Origin: Lama glama | Lineage: Eukaryota | DNA: 64,000 nucleotides | Direction: 5' to 3' | Assembly (NCBI GenBank): GCA_028534125.1 | Contig: CM052816.1 | Location: 10,108,001-10,172,000, forward strand | Part shown: piece after piece, positions 1 through 12,140 of the stretch | Numbering within the stretch: the first letter of the stretch is position 1 | How the letters are laid out: the number at the start of each line of letters is the position of its first letter | Translations under genes and position numbers: made by a program | The notes under the pieces: model-generated | Told to the model about the DNA's origin: nothing | Seen by the model: the letters and a program-made list of their open reading frames with translations, nothing else | Database searches by the model: none

Positions 1-740
1 CCCTAAATTGGTCTACTTTTTCATCTCTGTTTCTACCTTCTAGTTAAAGCCGCCATCTTCCGCTGCCGGAACCACCTCAGTAACTTACTAGTGGGATTGC
101 CTGCTTCAGTAGATTCTCCTCCCAGAAAACAGAGCAATCCTTTTAAACATAAATTGGATTACAACTTTCACTTCAAAATCATTTATTAAATACAACCTCC
201 TTATCAAAGTTCACTAGTCCTACAAAGTGACCTTGCATACGTCTCTGATGTCCAGTTCTGGGGGAGGGTGCAGCTCAAACGGTAGAGCACATGCTTAGCA
301 TGCATGAGATCCTGGGTTCAATCCCCGGCACTTCCTCTGAAATAAATAGGTAAGCCTAATTACCTCCCCCCGCACCCCTCCGCCCAAATTCTTCAGTTCT
401 GCTAGTCTCTTCCGCGTGTGCTCCTCTTTCTGTACCTCACACACTCTTCTTGGAATACTCTTCTCTCTTACTTGAAGGAGTTGACTCCTTCTTCTCATTC
501 AGATCCCAGCTCAAGTGTCTTCTTTTCAGAGAGGATCTCTCAGATCACCCAGTCTAGACACTCCCATCCCCTCGCTCCATCCTGACAATCTGTATGACGC
601 TTGTCCCTGATGATATTTTGTGTAGTGACATGTTTGTGTTTTCACTGCCACCAGCACTTTATTTGTTCATTTCCATATCCCTTAAGTCTCACACAGTGCC
701 TGAAGAGCAGGCACTCAAGTGTGTGTTGAGTGAATGCTCT
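1..740 (+). mobile_element. L2 LINE remnant, interrupted by a SINE
   Basis: Pyrimidine-rich degenerate L2-like sequence ending in the typical 3' terminus (cacagtgcctga...cactcaagtgtgtgttgagtgaatg). Boundaries approximate. Confidence 0.65.
261..388 (+). mobile_element. Vic-1-like tRNA-derived SINE (camelid)
   Basis: ggggagggtgcagctcaaacggtagagc (A box) ... gggttcaatcccc (B box), followed by an aaataaataggtaagcctaattacctcccc tail. Confidence 0.9.
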
Positions 741-1864
741 GGACTAGAGCTCGTGGGAGGAGACTAAGTTCAGAGAGGCTGCTCACTTTCCTGAGGCCAC
801 ACAGCTCATTAGTGACCCAGCTATCTGCCTCTGGGTCCCTAATTGTTTTCCATTCCACCCACCATATTGTCTGGTTGATAACAGGTCGCTTTAATGCGGT
901 AGCTCATTTCTAATTCTATTTAATTTTCTACTCTTGCTTTGTATTTGACCTAACTGAGGTAAAATGTCATGACTGCATGGTCCACAAAGCTATCTTTAAA
1001 AAAATAATAAATCTAATTGATATGCCATCTCATAGGACATTCAGGGCATTTCCTTTTTCCTTTTTCCCTCCTCCTTTGATTTCCTCCTTCTCCCACTCTC
1101 TCCTTTCTTTCCTTTTTTAAAAAACAAATCCTCTGTACCTTCCTTCTGTTTTTTTTTTTCCTTTTGTTTTCCATGATTAGATAACACTGATATGAACATC
1201 TTTAGGTATGCAGTTTTATTCTTCTCAGTTATTTTCTGGGGATAATTTGCCTGTAAATGGAAATCAGATCAAAGAGTGACTTTGAAAGTCTGTTACCTCT
1301 CTCCCCAACCCTTGAGTCCTTTATCACCAAAAATGAGATGAGGCACAATGGTATTCAGAGATAGAGAGGTGTCCAAGAGTTAACAGAGTGGACAGTGAAC
1401 ACTTTCCAATATGCAGTAGAAGAATTAGTCAGTGTGTGAAAGACCTTAATGATGCACCAGAACTACACATAGCCTCATAAATTGTGCTCTTGTTTTCCTT
1501 TTTGTTTGTCTGTTTAGTTTTTGCATGCATGTATAGTGCCTTTCTGTGTGTTCTACAGGGATTTTCATTGTATAAAAATCTAAAGCTTTTATACTTAAAT
1601 CTGTTGGACTTTTTGTAAAATAGAGTTTCCATTTTTTCAAACTTTAGGAAGTTATTGAGCCTTTGAAGGTCTGATAGTCCATTTTAATTAGGCTTTTTTG
1701 AAAGTCATAGTTAACTTATTAAGCTTATTTGATGAAGCTTATTTTGATGTATGGTATAAACTGTAGGTTATCTTAGTTTTTTAAAAATATTTTTCTTTGC
1801 TCTATTTTATATTACATGTCTTTTTAACTAAGTTACCTTTACCTTTCCTAAAATTAGCTTTCAT

Positions 1865-2107
1865 TTTTTTTTAAACCAAGGTATTTTATTTATTTATTTA
1901 TTAACATTTTTTATTGATTTATAATCATTTTACAATGTTGTGTCAAATTCCAGTGTAGAGCACAACTTTTCGGTTATACATGAACATATATATATTCATT
2001 GTCACATTTTTTTCTCTGTGAGCTACCGTAAGATCTTGTGTATATTTCCCTGTGCTATACAGTATTTCAAAATTGTAGAATAGATAAACAAGATTATACT
2101 GTATAGC
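1865..2107 (-). mobile_element. Young L1 3' end with 5' inversion
   Basis: Poly(T) plus aacattttttattgatttataatcattttacaatgttgtgtcaaattcc, the same family as 31062-31371. TSD tagctttcat at 1855-1864 and 2104-2113. Confidence 0.9.
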
Positions 2108-2595
2108 TTTCATGTGTATTTTAGCAATTAATCATTGTCTTTCAATTACCAATAGAAAGTATTTACATTATTTGTTACAGTGCCATATAGATTTCTATAA
2201 CTATTTAAATAAAGTTGTAAAATTAGGAAAAAGTGGCCAACATTTTGATGACCTCAGTACTTCTGTGTTCTCATTATTGTCTTTGCACTTTAATTGGAGG
2301 AATCAAGCTTTAGGGACCCATATTATTTTCTGAATCTTTATGAAACTGTTTATTACAGCACTTGACTATCTTACCTAAAATAATGTTGCTGATGAATAGC
2401 TTTTTAATAGATAAATTTGTCCTTTAAAAGTTAAATAGCATATGGTGTAGCTTATGCATGAGTTAAAAAATTTATGGCTCATATTTTGAAATGAAAAACA
2501 AGTTAATCAACATTAATTCTTGACATATTCTAGAAAAGAAGGAAGAAGGTAATCTTGTGGATTGATGTATACATATAAAATTTTATATTGACTGA

Positions 2596-2621
2596 TATAT
2601 ATATATATATATATATATATA
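2596..2621. repeat. (TA)n microsatellite
   Basis: Direct reading. Confidence 0.95.
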
Positions 2622-2759
2622 AATCAGACATTTGTATCAACATTTTCATCACACATATTTATAAAAAATCTTCAGAATTCTCCAAAAATGGTATAGATTG
2701 ACATTAAGCCTCACGAGTAAGTACATTATCATCCCATGATTTTAAAAAAATTGCTACCA

Positions 2760-3000
2760 GCATAAACTAGTATGTGTTGAATTCTTACCACATGCCTGGC
2801 ATTTGTGCTAAATGTCCACATGCCTACCACATTTCATTACGACAGTCGCCCTGAGTGTTAGATATTATAGATATTATTGTTATTGCTCATTTCATAGGAA
2901 AGGAAACCAGGGTCCAGAGATTATGTAACTGGGCCCAAAGTAAGTGGCAGAAGCTGGGTTCACAATTAGGTCCGTCGACTCCACAGACATTGGGCTCCTA
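2760..3000 (-). mobile_element. MIR SINE
   Basis: cattttcataggaaaggaaaccagggtccagagattatgtaactgggcccaaagt matches the antisense MIR core. Confidence 0.75.
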
Positions 3001-4436
3001 TGCCTGCCTTGCTTTCAGTAGCTCTCTTTTCTTTGAAAGCTATAACTTTTCAAAGGTCTTCTCTAGATTTTATAAAAATGTAAGGATCAAGTTTCATCCT
3101 GTGGGTAGAAGGACAAAGAGGATGTCTCCGAAATGCCACAGCGCAGATTCCAACCTGCTACCAAAGTCAAGAACTTAAGGCAAAGAGTTCATTTGTGAAG
3201 AGTTCTCTGCTAAAGGAAAGACCTGTGGGTAATTTGTATTCTTTGTGCCAATGGCTCCTTCTGTCCCTTGCCCCCTGGCTTCTTCACTTTTGGTCATAGT
3301 GTTTTATGTGCACGGAATGGGTCCTACCTGGTGTCATCTCTATACAGAGTGTACGCACCACCCTTGACCCAACGCTGCATCTGCCCTTTCCTTCTGGCCT
3401 TCATGCTCTGACATAAATTAGCTTATTTCATAACCAGCAGTTTTAATTCAGGGGGATTTTTTTTTTCCTCTACAAATACCAGTTTCCTTTAATCAGAGCA
3501 TAAATTATGAGAAAGGGAAGGATTCAAGTATGGAGAGCCTGCTGCAAATGTGGCAATATCTAGTGCAGTTTCCCAAACACAGGGAGCACTCCGAATTGTT
3601 CGTCTTTCTTGTCTTCCCCCTTTCGCTCCTACCCTCTGCACTTCTGGTCTTTTGTTTGCCGCTGTTCACCTGTGTTAACAGATGGCAAACTCTGGAAAGA
3701 GCAGCTACCACATGGGAAGGGTAGAGCGCTGGCTGTTTATACTGACAAGAGCAATCGGAGGACAAATGTGTGCAGCCCTGAACCTCTTTGGTGACTGTAG
3801 ATGACAGTGGGTGCCTGCTTGCTCTCCTTTTCTCCTCTCTGTCTCTCTTCTCCCCTTACCTGTCTGCCTCCGGTCTCCACTGAGTGGCCAAGGGTTCCCA
3901 CAAACCGCTGTCTTAAAGAGACTTACTAGATCTTGTTTGTAAAGCTTTTTCAGTTCCTCAAACAAAACGAGATATAATACAGCCCATCACACTCAGCAGG
4001 TTTTTTTTGTTTAATGTTTTATAACCATGAGAACTTTTCAGGAACAAAGTGTTTCTGAATAGCTTAGAAAGTGAAGTATGCAGTAATTCCAAGGCTAAAT
4101 GGTTAGACAGTGCTAATCTCTGCACGTAGCAGGATAAGGAGGGAGGGCAAGAGCCTCCCTATCGGGTTCTGTTGACCTTCCCTGACAAACCATTTCTCCT
4201 GTAAAGACAGCACAAATGCAAATTGTCTTTGATAGAATGCTTTTCTCTGACACTTTTGTCACTGCATACAAATATAAGGTGCTTTGAAAAGTAATTCTTT
4301 CAAAGCTTTGTACTTTCATTTAATCCACTACAGTTGGAACATGAGTAATCACAGTTCCTTCTTAAAAAAGATTTTAGTATTTATGTTGGGCCTTTCCTTT
4401 GGCACTGATACGTGCATCTGTTTATGATACTTTTAT

Positions 4437-4577
4437 TTAATTTTGGGGGGGAGGGAGTAACCAGGTTTGTTTGTTTGTTTGTTTATTTATATTCTTTAAT
4501 GGAGGTACTGGAGATTGAACCCAGGACCTTGTGCATGCTAAGCACCCGCTCTGCTACTGAGCTATATGTACCTTCCC
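4437..4577 (-). mobile_element. Vic-1-like SINE
   Basis: ggaggtactggagattgaacccaggaccttgtgcatgctaagcacccgctctgctactgagctata; flanked by imperfect tg(a/g)tacttttat TSD. Confidence 0.9.
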
Positions 4578-4989
4578 TTTGGTACTTTTATATGAATGTT
4601 TATAAGTAATCTGTGTTCCTTTTGTTAAAGCAATGAAGAATAAACACATGTACATAGATTGAATCAGATTAGCTCAGTTATCCCTATGGATCCCCAGTAT
4701 ACATGGGTCCATATGTTCCAGATATGTTTGGCTCACCGATATCCTCGTATCGGCGAATGCTCGGACTTCTAGCCATTAAATAATTAAAGATTGATTAGTT
4801 GTAAAAAAAAAAAAAAAGAAAAGTTGGTTGATAAAAAGTAACTTGGCTAATTCTAAACAATTAACTAAAACAGTTTACAGAGGCCCCGGGAAGAATCTTG
4901 CTTACATCAGGTTCAACCTTACTGTGAACATCCACGTATAACTGTTGTTGTTGCTGTTGTGTCTTAGGTCTTTATTTCCTCTCATTCCC

Positions 4990-6260
4990 ACACTTCACCT
5001 GGATATCGGTGATCTTCCCTTTTTTGTGGCTCCTAAATCTATGTTTTCAAGACAGATTTTCTATATTTCCAGTTATTTCTTGGACTTGCCAACTTGAACA
5101 GCCATAGACCTTTCCGTTATGTTCCAAATTTCACATCGACGCCCACTCAGTTATTCAAGCCAGAAACCCGAGCATCACCCACTATACCTCTCCTTCATCC
5201 CTCCCATAAATCCACCCTGAAATCATGTTGATTCTCCCTCCACAACATCGTTGTGCATCCTTCTCTTCTTTTCTGTCCTCACTGCCGGTCTCTGAGTTTA
5301 GACCATCATCATCTTTTGTCTAGATTATTTCAGTAACCCTTTAATAGGTTTTCTGGCATTTGGTTTCTCCAAAGCTGCTTCAAAGCTCCTGGATTTATCT
5401 GATGAGCTCATTCTTGGTCATGTGACTCTAAATCTTAAAAGCATCCAGAGAGCCTTTGCTGCCTATGGAGTGAAGCTCCAACTTTGCAGTCTCAAAATCT
5501 GGACCCAGTTTACAAGCCTTATATTGAAATCCTCACAGCTGCTTCCTACCTGTAACCTCCCCCCCCCATCATAACACATATCAGTGCAAGTTACCTTCTA
5601 CTCATAATGGACTAATCTCTATTCCTCAAACCCAAATATTTTATACTCACATGCTTCTTACCCTTTCCTAGTGATAAGGGATAGTGTTAAAAAGCCCAGG
5701 CTTTCAAGTCCCATGGACCTGGAATAACAATGTAAGTTTTGCCCATGACTAGCTGTGAGGCCCTGACTAAAGTATTTTACTTTTCTGGACATCTGTTTCT
5801 TAATCTGAAAAACGGACACTTAAAACAATTTAACTCATTGGGTTGTTAGGAAGAAGGGAGTTATCAGTGCTCAGTGCAGTACTTTATTCATGGCAAACAT
5901 TTGATAGGCAATAGCTGTATTCCCCAGAATGCACCTTCTCTTACACCTGAATCCTGAAACTCTGGCCATCTTTAAAGTTAGAGCTGAGTTGTAACCTCTC
6001 CTGTGCAGGTTTCCTTGACCTAGACCTCTTCCAGCTCTGCCTGCATGAAGTCATTATTAATCTTCTTCACATCTATGTTCCCAGAGCATTTTGTAATCTT
6101 TCTATTACAGCCTGGATCTCAATCTACTATTATTTGTGTGTCTATTTGCCCCACTGAAACATGAGTGCAGGACAGTGACTTGTTCATTAGGTGTCCTAGG
6201 ACCTAGCACAGATCCTGGCGTATAATAAGCATTCCGTAATTGTTCACCAAATTCGATTTG
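4990..6260 (+). mobile_element. Fragmented L2, interrupted by MIR at ~5670-5910
   Basis: L2-like motifs (cactcagttattcaagccagaaacc) and an L2 3' end (gacctagcacagatcctggcgtataataagcattc). MIR core ctagctgtgaggccctgactaaagta. Confidence 0.6.
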
Positions 6261-6914
6261 TTAGGTACTGAAAACATCCTGTGTCCCTCCTCACTACTCT
6301 ATTCAGGGGTTGTTGTGCTTAAAATTGAAAAGATAAGTCAGTGACAGCATTTTCTAATGTCCCATTTTTATGAAATTAATTTAAGTGGGAACCATCAGTA
6401 TGATATCCGGTCTCCAAAAACCAAACTCAGCAACCGGAAATGAATCTTTTTTAAAAAGAAAAAAAGAAAAAGGGAAGCATTTGATATCTTTAATTGTAAA
6501 ATTGCAGGGCTTGCTGGCAGTGAGGTCAGCACAGTTGCATCATTGCATTAGATGGGCTACAGGAATTCATTAGCCACTCAGACAGTATGATGGGGGGTTT
6601 CACTCTAGGCGTCAGGCAGATGTTCAAACATCAAAGAATAGCTGCAGTGTTCTAGGCACAAAAAGCAAGTGCCTAGTGCAACCCTCAGCCATTTTAAGAA
6701 ACATCTCCAACAAATAGTACATTTGGCTGAGCACACAGGGACAGCGCGTTACACCAGGGTCACCAATAACATTTACTGAGGAGCAGATTAACGTTTCTCC
6801 CCGCTAGAAAGGCGGTTAGTACACAAAGGAAAGTGTGAGAGGTGTCTGCCAGGACTGGGTTCTAGACTGCTTGCTCTAGGACAATGTCTTCTTTTTTTTT
6901 TTTAATTGAGAGCT

Positions 6915-7160
6915 TTCATATTTATAAAATAAACTGGGTTTCCAGCTTCTCTTGAAAAATCAGCCGTGGTAATATTGGGTGGCTGTTTTTGCACAGATCG
7001 AGCTTCAGTGGCAGCCAAGAAGTGGTTGCTCATTTAAGGGAGGCTGTCATCCTACAGTATATCCAGCTACTACATCCCACGGGTCAATACTTGTCCCCCT
7101 TCACTCATTTCTGTCTCCTGATTCAGCTCTATAGGGAAGGCATCTGTGCTTTGATCCCTT
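6915..7160. mobile_element. Probable ancient hAT DNA transposon fragment (MER102-like)
   Basis: ccagcttctcttgaaaaatcag motif resembles the recalled consensus; family uncertain. Confidence 0.35.
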
Positions 7161-7579
7161 GCTCTTAGACTCAGTTTCTAAATCTGTAGAATTGGTATAG
7201 CAGCAACTAGCTTATAGGATTTTTTGTAAGGATTAAATAATATCATTTATGTGCAGTGCCTCTGAGTTCCTGATGTAAGTTATCCGTGAATGGTTACTGA
7301 CTGTTTCTTCAGTTCAGTTTCAAAATCTTTCTTTATGATGTTTATATGTGCCAGGTACTGGGCTGGGCATGAAGATAGAATGATGCGCAGTGCAGGCATG
7401 GCTCCTGCCTTCAGAGTGTTTATGGTTTAGCACCCAAGGAAATGTCTAATCATTCTGCTGGCCATGTGCTTTTGTCTGTGTTATGCAACAAGGAGGAAAA
7501 AGTAGCCATTTGGTTGCTTTGGGAATCACTGCGCTGAACTGAGAAAGAAAAAATAGCAACAGAGAGGCTTTAGAAAAAG

Positions 7580-8590
7580 ACATTTCAAACTGAATATTCC
7601 CCAACAAGTCTTCATTCTTACTGCTTCCCCGAAACTGCTCCTCCGTGGGAACTCCCTGGCTCAGTACGTGATAACCTTGTTATCTACTCAATTGTTCAAG
7701 TCAAAACACTAGAAATATTTTGGTTCCTCCCTGTCCTCTCCTCTATCCCCCACCGTGTTTAACTCTTGAGCAAATCCTGCTAGCTCTTCTTGCAAAGCAT
7801 CCGTTCACCTCCCCACACCTGTACTGCTACCAGCCACTCCGGTCCAAGCCACCACTGTCTCCACTTGACAGCTACACCGCCTCCTTCTACTCCCCCTGCT
7901 TCTACTCCAGCGCACTTTTTCTGTGAAGGGACAATATTTTAGGTGTTGTGGACAGTAGAGTCTCTGTCACAGGTGTTCAGTTCTGCCCTTGTAGCACAAA
8001 AGCAGCCATAGACAATAATTAAATGACTGGACGTGGCTGTGCTCCAATCAGACTACATTTACAAAAACAGGCTGCAGGCTAGACCTGGCTTGCAGGCCAT
8101 TGTTTGCAGTTAGACTCGCTTCACTTAAACCCTTGCAGTGGTTTGTCAAAGCACTAAGAATCCCCAGCTCTCCTGATCACGTTCTGTGTGGTCGTCTTGA
8201 TCTAGGGCCCCATTTTTTGGCCCGCCACATCATCCTTCATTCTGATTTTCAGACACACCAAGCCTGTTTCTGCCACAGGGCCTTTGCACCAATTGCCCTG
8301 AATTCTCCTCCCTCATGTTAGCATGGCCTGACCATAGTTCAGACCTATCCAAACGACAATTTGAAGTCATCCATTACTATCTTTTATGATCTTTTTCAGT
8401 ACTTTCCGTCATCAGAAAATACTTATTAATTTGGTTAATGACGTATAGTCCTCTGTATTTACATACTAGTTTGAAGCTGAAGGCAAAGACTAAGGCTGGT
8501 GTTTCCCTGCTCTGTCCCCAAAGCCTTGCTCAGTACCACACACAAAGCAGGCCCCAAAAAATATTTTTTGGAAGAAAAGTAAGTAAATAA
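7580..8590 (+). mobile_element. L2, split by MER58A
   Basis: L2-like sequence on both sides of the MER58A; 3' end ctgctctgtccccaaagccttgctcagtacc. Confidence 0.65.
7915..8110 (+). mobile_element. MER58A hAT-Charlie DNA transposon
   Basis: ttctgcccttgtagcacaaaagcagccatagacaata...gtggctgtgctccaat...tttacaaaaacaggc is characteristic of MER58A. Confidence 0.85.
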
Positions 8591-9153
8591 ATACTCTCAA
8601 TCAGTATAAATCACAGCATCACATAAAGCCTGCAGAATCTTATCAGTTAGTGCTGGGCATGGCTTTATTCTGCCCTCTTGACCAAGAATTGCCAAGCATG
8701 GCTGACTGAAAAAGATGGAGTTGTAACATCCCTTTCAACTAGAAAGAATTTAAATTTCAGAAGGACAAAGAGTCACGTCCACGTAACAAAGAGCCTGTGT
8801 CCCTGCTAAGTTTATGCTGATTCCTACCCTGTGGCTGGTCTCTGTCTCTCCCCAGGGCCCTTGCCTGTGCCTGATGTCTGGAGGGAGATACTTACAGAAG
8901 AGGTTCCTGATAAAGAGATACTTTACAAAAGGAGTGTTCTGTGGGGGGGTGGGGGGGTGGTGTTAATATCATTTCCTTTTTGTCTGAAGTATGAAAGTCA
9001 GAAGATCTAAGGTACATTTCCCCAACGGACTCCTTGACTTGAAAGAGACACAGAAGTCCTTTGTCTGGTCAGCCATCCTGATTGTTTGTCGGAAAAATAC
9101 AACCATTATTATTATAGGAGGGTAGGAAATAGTTTGGTACAACTATTAATCAG

Positions 9154-9522
9154 TGTATTAGTCTGCTGGAATGCCACAGACTGGGAGGCTTAACCAACAG
9201 ATGATTCACGTTCTCGTGGTTCTGGAGACTGGAAGTCCAAGATCAAAGGTGCCAGCAGAGTTGCTTTCTGGTGCAGTCTTTCTTCCTGGCTTATAAAAGG
9301 CCACTCTGTCACTATGTCCTCACATGGTCTTTCCCCTGTGCACGTGCACCTGGTATCTCCTCCCCAGATAAGGACACCAGTCCTATCAGATTCGGACTGC
9401 ATTCTTATCCTTTCATTTAACCTTAATTACCTCCTTAAAGGCCCTGTCTCCAAATATAGTCACATTGCAGGTAAGGGCTTCAACATATGAATCTGGGGGG
9501 GAGCATAGTTCAGTCCATAATA
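9154..9522 (-). mobile_element. MaLR solo LTR (MLT1A/B-like)
   Basis: Starts tgtattagtc, contains ctggaagtccaagatcaaaggtgccagcag, ends gttcagtccataata. Imperfect 5-bp TSD atcag/gtcag. Confidence 0.85.
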
Positions 9523-10212
9523 GTCAGGAACCTTCAAATGCTACATTTGAAGCATTTGATTCCTTTATTGGTTAAAGGAAAAAATATATATATATACACA
9601 TATAAGTATATGTATATATTTTGCATAGTATTTGCTGGCAATTTGAGTGATATCTTCCTTGGGAAATCTATGTGCTCACTAAACTTTACACCCAGTCTTA
9701 ATGTTGCAACTCTTAATAAATTGGAGATCAGAGTTTCCAAATAAATGAGTTCTGCATGTAAAATTCACTCAGTGAGACTGGAGAACAAAGGAAAACCTTC
9801 ACTGTGGGACTTTTATCACATATATAACAACACAAAGGCACCCAGTGGGGATGGAGTCCCTTGGGTTAAGAATAAAACTGTTTACCACAAAATGGTCCGT
9901 CTTCCTGCCAGTTCTCACATGCTTGGCCCTTTCAGGGCACCTCTCCCTAGAAAGTTATTTATTTTCTGTTCACTCATCTTTGCTCAAGTTTATTTCACAA
10001 TATTTCAGGTCTTCCCTCTAGAAGAGTTTAGATCTGGACAAGAGCAGTTGCTTGAGTGATCAAGGAGCTATTCTTTAATTACTTGACTTTTAAAAGTATG
10101 TGTTTTTGTTTATGAAGCAAACTTTGCTGAGTGCTTACCATATATGAGGCACAATGCTAAGTCGCTTTATGAATGTTTATATTTAATCCTACCAAAATCT
10201 CTGAGGGAGTAT

Positions 10213-10809
10213 TATTTTTTAACTGAAGTACAGTCAGTTTACAATGTGTCAATTTCTGGTGTACAGCATAATGTTTCAGTCATACATATATTCCTTATCA
10301 TATTCTTTTTCATTATAGGTTACTGCAAGATATTGAATATAGTTCTCTGTGCTATATAGGAGACACTTGTTGTTTATTTATTTTATATATAGTAGTTAGT
10401 ATCTGGAAATCCCAAACTCAATTTATCCCTTCCCATCCCCTTTCCCTGCCCCGGTAACTATAAGTTTGTTTTCTTATGTCTGTGAGTCTATTTCTGTTTT
10501 GTAGATAAGTTCATTTGTGTCCCTCCCCCCCCTTTTTTAGATTCCACATATGAGTGATATAATATGGTATTTTTCTTTCTCTTTCTGGCTTACTTCACTT
10601 AGAATGACAGTCTCCAGATCCATCCATGTTGCTGCAAATGGCATTATTTTATTCTTTTTTATGGCCGAGTAGTATTCTATTGTATAAATATACACAACTT
10701 CTTTATCCAGTCATCTGTCGAGAGACATTTAGGTGGTCTCCATGTCTTGGCTATTGTAAATAGTGCTGCTATGAACACTGGGGTGCAGGTGTCTTTTCGA
10801 ATTAGAGTT
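10213..10809 (-). mobile_element. L1 3' fragment inserted in a MIR
   Basis: Typical L1 3' UTR (catccatgttgctgcaaatggcattattttattc; gctattgtaaatagtgctgctatgaac). TSD tgagg(g/a)agtatt. Confidence 0.9.
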
Positions 10810-10845
10810 GAGGAAGTATTTTTCTTTTTTTATATATGGGAAGCT

Positions 10846-10939
10846 TCCTGGGTTCAATCCCCAGTATCTTCTCCAAATATAAATAAAGCTGATTGCCTCC
10901 CCCCTCCACCAAAATAAAATAATTAAAACAATACAATAA
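10846..10939 (+). mobile_element. 5'-truncated Vic-1-like SINE
   Basis: tcctgggttcaatccccagtatc plus tail. TSD tatatatgggaagct (10831-10845) / tatatacgggaaact (10940-10954). Confidence 0.85.
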
Positions 10940-11419
10940 TATATACGGGAAACTGTGAGGGTTAGGATGGATAAATAAAACAAACAAAAAAGTTAATAAA
11001 CTTGGGGCTTGATTCCAAATCAATCCAATTTCGAGGCTGAACCTCTTAACTAATGTGAAAGTTGTTTCTCATTCACTAGCCATTCTTAGAAGAATTGGAC
11101 TCAAGCCCTTTGTGATTATAATTTAAAGTGTCAGCATATATGCAAAACATATTCCCTGCAACATTTGACTCTTCATGATCCAACTTCCAGCATGAAGTTC
11201 AGTTCAGTCCAAAATTTATTCAGCATCTACTACTTGGAAGACAGTTAGGCAGGCAATGTGAATGGAGCAGAATCCTACTTTTCGGGCGGTTAACTGTTCA
11301 TCATTGGCGTCTTACAGAAGCACAGCTAACACAGTACCCAGTGACATAGGAATAGCTTCCGCTAAGAGAACTGGAGGAACAGAGGAATAAGGGGATGATT
11401 TCTGCTAAAAGACAAGCAG

Positions 11420-11650
11420 GATATCGTTGCAGGTAAGAGCCTGGATTTGAGTCCAAGCTCTGTCACTTAGAAGTTGTGTGACTGAACAGGTTTCTCTAGA
11501 GCAATTTACTCCTCTATAAAATGAGGATAAATGAGGTCCCCAGTTGTCAAGAGTGCTGTGAGAGTTGATGAGATACTGCCTGAATAGTGTCGAGCACTGC
11601 CCCTAGCACACAGGAAGTATTCAATAAATATTAGCAAATGTTGTTGTTAC
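11420..11650 (+). mobile_element. MIR SINE
   Basis: ctctgtcacttagaagttgtgtgac...ctataaaatgaggataa...ctagcacacaggaagtattcaataaatattagc. Confidence 0.8.
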
Positions 11651-11724
11651 TGTTTACCTTCTGGAAAATCAACTAGATTGAAAACAAAAACAACTAGCCT
11701 GCCTGTGTTACAGAAAATAAGGTT

Positions 11725-12140
11725 ATAGATTTAGAGCTGACAGGCTTATGTGTGTGTTCCAGATCTGTCACGTATTAGCCATGTATCTTTAGACATGCGT
11801 TCAACCTTTCTAAGCCTCAGTTTCTTCATCTCTTAAATGGGAATAATGAAGACATCTACCTTGTCCTTGCTACTATTGCAGCAGCAGATTTTATATTGTA
11901 ATTACAAAGTGCCAGGAATTATATTCTAAGAGCTTTGTATGTATTGCACACATACCCCCATAATAGCTCTGTTAGGCCTTAGCTATGTTATATATGTGCC
12001 CATTTTACACATGATATTTTACACATGATAGCACTGAACACACAGAAGGTAAATAAATTTTCAAGTTCATCAGCAAATAGATGGGAGATTCAGGATTTGA
12101 ACCCTGGCATTCTGCACTTGTTAGCACTTAATACTTTTCC
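11725..12140. mobile_element. Two adjacent MIRs in opposite orientation
   Basis: Sense core aagcctcagttttcttcatctcttaaatggg followed by antisense core cccattttacac...caggatttgaaccctggcattctg. Confidence 0.7.

Noticed and set aside
261..335. tRNA-like A and B boxes here and at six other loci
   Set aside because: These are SINE heads with tails and TSDs, not functional tRNA genes.
12002..12029. 14-bp tandem duplication (another at 1721-1749)
   Set aside because: Ordinary slippage duplications, not arrays.
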